Below are positions 45,796 through 50,972 of a stretch of DNA of 50,972 nt, one piece after another. The position numbers and the translations under genes were made by a program. The DNA comes from a virus (taxonomy: Duplodnaviria > Caudoviricetes): the IMG/VR virus record IMGVR_UViG_3300020598_000120, positions 1 through 50,972 of that record; one strand, given 5' to 3'. The notes under the pieces were generated by a model. That model did no database searches. It saw only the letters and a list, made by a program, of their open reading frames with translations, and was not told where the DNA came from. The first letter of the stretch is position 1. Every line of letters starts with the position of its first letter.

Positions 45796-46386
45796 TCAGC
45801 CGCGCTCGCTCATTTCTCTCTCAGCCCGACGCCGCTGCAAGACGGATAGTTCACGACTGCCTGCTCTAGGATGCTCCACGAGATAGAGGTTGCTGCGGCG
45901 CAGATTCTTCGTGTCGCCGTCGCGGTGGCGCACCGCATAGCCTGGGGGCGCTTCATAAACGAGGCGCCCAATAGACAGCAGACTACCCGTCGCTTCACTC
46001 TTAGGATGGCTACAGCGCACAATCGCCGCTGTCTTCTGGCCGTTGAAGTTCAACATCCACTTGTCAGAAAAGCCTAAGCGCACGACTAACTCGTCGTGGG
46101 TCTCTACATCGACGCAGGCATATCCGCCGCGTGACAGAGGCACCAGAACGACGAGGCTGCCGTCTGGATCGGTGGTGCGGATCGGCTTGCGGGAAGAATT
46201 GCGTTTCAAAGGTTGGGTTCCGTAAGGACACGCAAAGGCAGCCCGCACGGTGTTCGTGCAGGAGGCCTGATGCGCTGATGTTGGGTTGTCGGTGTGATTG
46301 CGCCGAAACGGGCGCGCCCTCGCCAAGGTGAAAAAAGGCGAGGTAAACTGCGGCGTTGGGGGCGGTTCTGTGCCCCTGAAGGTCAC
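45796..46386 (-). CDS. HNH-like endonuclease (possibly degenerate); start uncertain
   Basis: 'LSRG.YA.VD', 'RLVY.AP.GY.V.H.DGD..NLRRSNL'. Confidence 0.6.
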   Translation of the reverse strand: MTFRGTEPPPTPQFTSPFFTLARARPFRRNHTDNPTSAHQASCTNTVRAAFACPYGTQPLKRNSSRKPIRTTDPDGSLVVLVPLSRGGYACVDVETHDELVVRLGFSDKWMLNFNGQKTAAIVRCSHPKSEATGSLLSIGRLVYEAPPGYAVRHRDGDTKNLRRSNLYLVEHPRAGSRELSVLQRRRAEREMSERG

Positions 46387-46447
46387 ATTGTGACGCTACC
46401 TCGGGGAACCCCCAGGTTTTCTGCGGCTTTCCCGCTGCGTCTTGCGC

Positions 46448-47203
46448 TCAGAATGCGGGGGTTGGTTCTGCTTCTGGTTCGTCCTCCATCGCAGGAATCT
46501 CCCAGGGGCCGCCCTCACGAAGCACCTTCAGCGCCTCCTCTGCGAGCGCCACGAGAGCGCCCCGCCAGTGCGGGCAGGTGACCCCTCGGGATGCCGCAAT
46601 GGCTCCCCTCAGGGCCGCCTCCGTGTCTTCCGCGAAGGTAGCCGAGGGATCACGCGGGCGAGGATCGGCGCGCTTGTCGCCACCACCTTGAGAGTACCGT
46701 GCTGCCACGTTCGGGAAGTCCTCCCGCATCCACCGCCGGATGCTCTCGTGGCTGATGCCCCCGAGATGGCGGGCAATGTCACGGAGCGGCATGAGCCGAG
46801 TTCTGCCAAGCCGGTATTTCCTGGCACGCACGAAAGCTTGGAAGGCTCGCCGCACCTCCTTGGGCTTCAGCGGGAGGCCATGCGTCAGGTTTGCCTGGGC
46901 AGCGGCCCATACGGCTTCCTCCTCGGTGGCGATGAAGACTTCCGCCTCTATGCGGTCCCTGCCGAGCCGCCGATGGGCCGCCACACGGTGCCAGCCATCG
47001 ACCAGCACCAATGCGCCATTCACCATGGCGACCTTCACAGGCGGCAACACGGCATCGTTGCGGAGGGCCAAGCGGTACTTCTCGACAGTGCCCGCGTCCA
47101 CGTTCTCGCGGACTTGGAAACGGGAATCCTCCACAAGGTTGTTGAGCGCGACCGTGCGGAGTTCCCCGGCAGGTATTGAGCCTGCGGTGGGATTGCTTCT
47201 CAT
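46448..47203 (-). CDS. ParB/Srx N-terminal domain protein with HTH
   Basis: 'FQVRE......V..Y......LPPV.V......LVDGWHRV.A', 'N..HGLPL', 'RDIAR.LG.ISH..IRRW'. Confidence 0.85.
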   Translation of the reverse strand: MRSNPTAGSIPAGELRTVALNNLVEDSRFQVRENVDAGTVEKYRLALRNDAVLPPVKVAMVNGALVLVDGWHRVAAHRRLGRDRIEAEVFIATEEEAVWAAAQANLTHGLPLKPKEVRRAFQAFVRARKYRLGRTRLMPLRDIARHLGGISHESIRRWMREDFPNVAARYSQGGGDKRADPRPRDPSATFAEDTEAALRGAIAASRGVTCPHWRGALVALAEEALKVLREGGPWEIPAMEDEPEAEPTPAF

Positions 47204-47557
47204 GGTGTGGGGTTCTCGTGGAAGGTGGAGGAGCGGGAGGGCGCGTGGAATGCCTCCGCTGCGCAACTACGAAAAACAATGCCACCTCGCCGGAGGGGAC
47301 ATACGGAGGGCTTCCCCAGGAGCGCCCGCGCAAACACCCCCAGGTGACTCCTCAGGCCGTCCCTGACGGGCTTCCGCAGGCGTTCTGGTGGGACGGTAGC
47401 AGGCGGCCCCTGAGCGGCTCTGGTGAATCCCCTGGGCGTTCCATGGCTGGCCTCGGAAGTCACAGATGCGCTGGCGTGCGTGCCCCTGCACATTGGCGCC
47501 CCGCTGATGTGGAGCGGAAGGGTAGCCTCAGGAGCGGCCTGCGGAGATCGTGGAGCG

Positions 47558-48019
47558 TTAGACTTGCGGCCCTGCTTTGGCGAATCGGATGACTTCCGCA
47601 TTGTCGCGCAGTTCGCCCCACAGGCTCCGCACCGCATCCTCCACGGTGAGGAACCGCCGCAGCGGATTATGCACGGGACTGCGGATGCCGACTGTGCCGT
47701 CCTCCGCACGGAAGAAGCTGAACCATGGATCAACCCCACTGTCGAACTCCTCATCGTCGCTGGCCACGCGCCGCCGAATCGTCAGCCTCTCGCTGTGGAT
47801 GATCTCGGGCCGTTCCCCGTCCGGTCGTGGGCCTTCAACGATGGCTTCCCACGGGCCTAGCGGTAGAAAGCCCGTGGCTGTGTCTGCGGCTCTCTCGTCG
47901 TCTCGGGTGAACGCCGTCTTCGTCAGCCATCTCCCCAATTCCGGGATGGCGGTCCAGCCTCCATACGGGATGCGCGGTGAGTCTGAGGACGGCGGCAGGC
48001 GGGCGACTTTGGTGGGCAT
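47558..48019 (-). CDS. Hypothetical protein
   Basis: AAGGAG RBS before ATG 48019. Confidence 0.55.
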   Translation of the reverse strand: MPTKVARLPPSSDSPRIPYGGWTAIPELGRWLTKTAFTRDDERAADTATGFLPLGPWEAIVEGPRPDGERPEIIHSERLTIRRRVASDDEEFDSGVDPWFSFFRAEDGTVGIRSPVHNPLRRFLTVEDAVRSLWGELRDNAEVIRFAKAGPQV

Positions 48020-48343
48020 GAGTTCTCCTTCGGCCCCGCAGGGGCGCGTTCGTGCAGGGAGACTGGGGGAAAATCCCCATCACTCGCCGGGGCGTCTTCT
48101 GTATGGGTGGGGGATATGGGCAATTCCAGCGGCTTAGCTGTGCGCTATTCCACTGGGGCGTCGGGGGCGTTCACGTTGGCACGCCGCCTTTCGTGGGAGA
48201 GTGAGGGAAAACCCCTGGATCGCCCGGAGATCGGCCTTGAAGCTGGCCTTTCCGACAATCCCTACCGCCTCCGCAGCGGCCCTGCCGCCGGTGCCCCGGT
48301 GGAGCGCCACAGATGATCCCCTGGGCGCCCCCGGTGACGGTCC

Positions 48344-48625
48344 TCAGGCGCGGTGCAGATCGGGCAAGGGCGCCTTGGTGTCGAGGTAGAAGACCGCGTG
48401 ACCCATCCGCACGACGAAGCCTTGTCCGCCATACGGATTGCCCGACCGCTCCACCTCTAGCCAGGGATAGCTGGGCATCCGCCGCAGGCTCCCAGGTTCA
48501 ATGGCCATGTCGAGGCCGGCAAGGCGGCCCTGGTAACGGGCGAAGCGGAAGGCCGCCCAGGCCGCACGAGCCAGGGTGCCGGTGAGGCGGGAGAACGTGG
48601 TAGGGGTGGTGACAGCCTGAGGCAT
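48344..48625 (-). CDS. Hypothetical protein
   Basis: ORF in the same minus-strand run; no motif. Confidence 0.45.
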   Translation of the reverse strand: MPQAVTTPTTFSRLTGTLARAAWAAFRFARYQGRLAGLDMAIEPGSLRRMPSYPWLEVERSGNPYGGQGFVVRMGHAVFYLDTKAPLPDLHRA

Positions 48626-48646
48626 GGGTGCATTCCGTGCTGAAGG

Positions 48647-48850
48647 TCAGGCCGGGGTTGCGGTCGCACCCGCTTCCCTGGCCGCTATGCCCTCACCCAG
48701 GACCATCCCAGGGCGGGCACGGAGGGAGTCTGACGCCCTCGCGAGTCCGTGAGAAGCGCCATCGTGGGGCCTGGGGGGCATCAACTCCCGATTGATTGCG
48801 CCCGTGACCAGAGAAGCACGCACATCCTCATCATCCCCTTGAGGGAGCAT
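48647..48850 (-). CDS. Hypothetical protein
   Basis: Short ORF; weak support. Confidence 0.3.
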   Translation of the reverse strand: MLPQGDDEDVRASLVTGAINRELMPPRPHDGASHGLARASDSLRARPGMVLGEGIAAREAGATATPA

Positions 48851-48929
48851 TCCCCGGCTACCCCTCAGGCTGGCCCAGGGAGGCCCCGGAGGAGCGCCCC
48901 AGGGAAGGGCGGGAGGGCGGCACTAGGTT

Positions 48930-49025
48930 TTACGACAGGAGGCCGCCCAGGACAGCAGCCAGGGCCGCCAGCAGCCACGCCACGGAGGCCAGCATTAGGG
49001 CGGCCCATAGGGTGCGGAGGAGCAT
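48930..49025 (-). CDS. 31-aa hydrophobic peptide (not in ORF track)
   Basis: MLLRTLWAALMLASVAWLLAALAAVLGGLLS; starts 3 nt after the resolvase stop, GGAGG upstream. Confidence 0.45.
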   Translation of the reverse strand: MLLRTLWAALMLASVAWLLAALAAVLGGLLS

Positions 49026-49028
49026 GGG

Positions 49029-49754
49029 TCAGGCCTCCACCTTGGCCAGCACCCGGCGCACAGCGGTGGCGGTCCACGCGCTGCCCCTGGGAGTGGTGAT
49101 CCCCCGCGCCGTCAGGCCTTCCGCCAGTTGCTGAAGGCTAGTCAGGCCCTGTGCTCGCAACTCCTCCACCACCGGGAGGACGCCATGGGCATGCTGGGAG
49201 GAGGCCAGAGAGCGGGCCTGGGCTGACCGCTTGGCCCCAAGGGCGCTCCCCTCAGGCGTGGCAGGGCGGTAGCCCCGATCCCCACCCAGCTTCACGCCCC
49301 GCGCCTTGGCCGCTGCCAGGGCCGCCTTGGTCCGCAGGGAGATACGCCGCGCCTCATCCTCAGCCACGGAGGCGCGGATGTGGAGCATGAAGGGGTCAGT
49401 GTCGGGGAAGTCCGCCGCGATGAAGGGCACGCCCTCCTTCATCAGCCCCGAGATGAAATGAACATCACGGGCCAGGCGGTCCAGCTTGGCGATCAGCAGC
49501 GTGGCCCCGGTGGTGCGGCAAAGAGCCAGCGCCTCGGCCAGCTTGGGGCGGTCACTCCGCTTGCCGCTCTCCACCTCCACGAAGACGGGCGATAGCAGCC
49601 GGTCCCCCGGCAGGAGGAACCCCCGAATGGCCGCCTCCTGGGCCTCCAGGCCAAGGCCAGAGCGCCCCTGCCGCTGCGTGCTGACGCGGGCATAGGCCAC
49701 GAAGGTGCGGCCCTTGGCCTGACCCTGCGGGGGCTTCTGGAGGGAGGCGGACAT
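49029..49754 (-). CDS. Serine recombinase, resolvase/invertase family
   Basis: 'AYARVSTQRQ..SGLGL.AQ', 'ESG...DRP.L', 'AKLDRLAR', 'E...IS.RTKAAL.AAK.RG..LG'. Confidence 0.93.
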   Translation of the reverse strand: MSASLQKPPQGQAKGRTFVAYARVSTQRQGRSGLGLEAQEAAIRGFLLPGDRLLSPVFVEVESGKRSDRPKLAEALALCRTTGATLLIAKLDRLARDVHFISGLMKEGVPFIAADFPDTDPFMLHIRASVAEDEARRISLRTKAALAAAKARGVKLGGDRGYRPATPEGSALGAKRSAQARSLASSQHAHGVLPVVEELRAQGLTSLQQLAEGLTARGITTPRGSAWTATAVRRVLAKVEA

Positions 49755-50220
49755 GGGCGGCAGCTCCTGAGCGCTCTCGGCGCCTGCGGTGGTCTTCCTC
49801 CACCGTGAGTCCGCAACTTGAGCTTGTCAATTACCTTCAACGTTCGATGCAGCCAAACGACATGGAGCGGTGGCGGGGATGGCGGGGCAGCATGGGTGCC
49901 CAGCCCTACCCCAGGGCCACCCTCAGGAAGCCGCCTGGAGAGTCCGCCAGCACCTCCCACGAAACCAGCCGCTACCGTCCTCCGGCAGCCGCTCCAGGCC
50001 CACACCAGGGCGGCCTGTGGGGGTCTTCAAAGAGGGGGGGCCGGGGGTGGCGGCAAGGGGGGAAGCTGCGCGAAGTGCCCCTAACGCACCCCCTCTCGGA
50101 CATGCGCAATGAAAATTCCGGTTCGTTTTCTGGCATTCACTTCGCAAGCCTGCGAAAACGGCTCCCAGTTTCTGCGGCTCCTCGCTGACAAACCAAGGCT
50201 CGCCACTTCCCTCGCACGCT

Positions 50221-50709
50221 ATGGCATATGAACCACGCGCCCTCGCGAACCTGCTGCTGGACTTGGCAGACGAGATGCGCCTGCCGCTCACCCATATGGC
50301 GCTTCATAAGGTCGCCTATTATGCCCATGGCTGGCGGCTGGCCGAGACTGGCTGCCCGCTCCTGACCGAAGAGTTCGAAGCCTGGGAGCATGGTCCCGTG
50401 CTGCCCACGGTGTATGGCGCGTTCAAGGCAGCGGGCAGGACGCCCATCTCTTTCCGCGCCGAACGGTTCAACCCTGCCACCCAGCAGCGCAGCGTCGCGA
50501 GGGGCAATTTTTCTCCAGCCGACCGTGCATTCTTGCGGAACATCCTGCGTGCCTATGGGCGACTGGATGCCCTCACACTTTCGGACATGACGCACCGGAA
50601 GGGCGGCCCCTGGGACCGAGTGTGGAACGCGGCAGACGGCAAAATCACCCTGGGCATGAAGATCAAGAACCAGGCGATCAGGGCGGCCTTCTTGGCTGGG
50701 GGTCAGTAG
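50221..50709 (+). CDS. Panacea (DUF4065 / SocA-like) domain protein
   Basis: 'ANLLL...LT.M.L.K..YYAHGW.L......L..E.FEAW.HGPV.P.VY...LS.MTH..G.PW'. Confidence 0.88.
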   Translation: MAYEPRALANLLLDLADEMRLPLTHMALHKVAYYAHGWRLAETGCPLLTEEFEAWEHGPVLPTVYGAFKAAGRTPISFRAERFNPATQQRSVARGNFSPADRAFLRNILRAYGRLDALTLSDMTHRKGGPWDRVWNAADGKITLGMKIKNQAIRAAFLAGGQ

Positions 50710-50972
50710 CTCGCAAACCCCACAAATCGTTGGCCGTTCTCCTCGCGAATCGGTGCCCTTTCGTCCGAAAAACGGCTAAGATTGTGTTCATGCAGATTCC
50801 GGCCCTCCCCCCGTGCCACGATCTTGTTCGTCTGGTTCGCGCGACACAGGACGAGACAACCCACGCGGTCTTGGAACATCTCAAGCGAAGGCCCACTCCC
50901 TGGGGCTACCGTACCGCAAGAGAGCTGGCGCCCCACGCTTTCTCCCCCGAACTCCCCCTTTCTGCTCTCCAT
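50703..50972 (-). CDS. Hypothetical ORF at window edge
   Basis: ORF only; no motif. Confidence 0.2.
   Translation of the reverse strand: MESRKGEFGGESVGRQLSCGTVAPGSGPSLEMFQDRVGCLVLCRANQTNKIVARGEGRNLHEHNLSRFSDERAPIREENGQRFVGFASY

Larger units (their letters stand above)
44250..50972. mobile_element. Second integrative element in tandem at the tRNA-Gly att; right end outside window
   Basis: Integrase starts about 100 bp after the att; followed by xis, HNH, ParB-like, resolvase and Panacea genes. Confidence 0.75.

Noticed and set aside
47270-49020. Recurrent CCCCAGG/CCTCAGG-like motifs in intergenic DNA of the second element
   Set aside because: Short, irregularly spaced and without constant repeat-spacer structure; cannot be distinguished from compositional bias by eye

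Overview
High-GC window, probably alphaproteobacterial (Acetobacteraceae/Roseomonas-like, inferred from protein style and a GapR/DUF2312 homolog). About 44 kb is an apparently intact temperate prophage of the SfV/P27 chimeric type. On the minus strand it carries an HK97-type head (HNH, terminase subunits, portal, protease, capsid), a Mu-like contractile tail and baseplate, two fibre/spike genes and an unusual lysis cassette ending in a GH26 glycoside hydrolase plus a DUF3309-like peptide. It also has a replication initiator with DnaB, a cro/cI switch with repeated TGTAC-N7-GTACA operators, a plus-strand early operon, an excisionase and an integrase. A lower-GC stand-alone P-loop NTPase lies between the integrase and a 3'-half tRNA-Gly(GCC) att remnant at 44250-44296. 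Directly after that att, a second integrative element begins (tyrosine integrase, excisionase, HNH, ParB-like protein, serine resolvase, orphan Panacea/DUF4065 protein). No CRISPR array, reverse transcriptase, rRNA or intact tRNA was seen. All family calls come from motif recognition and synteny, without database searches.
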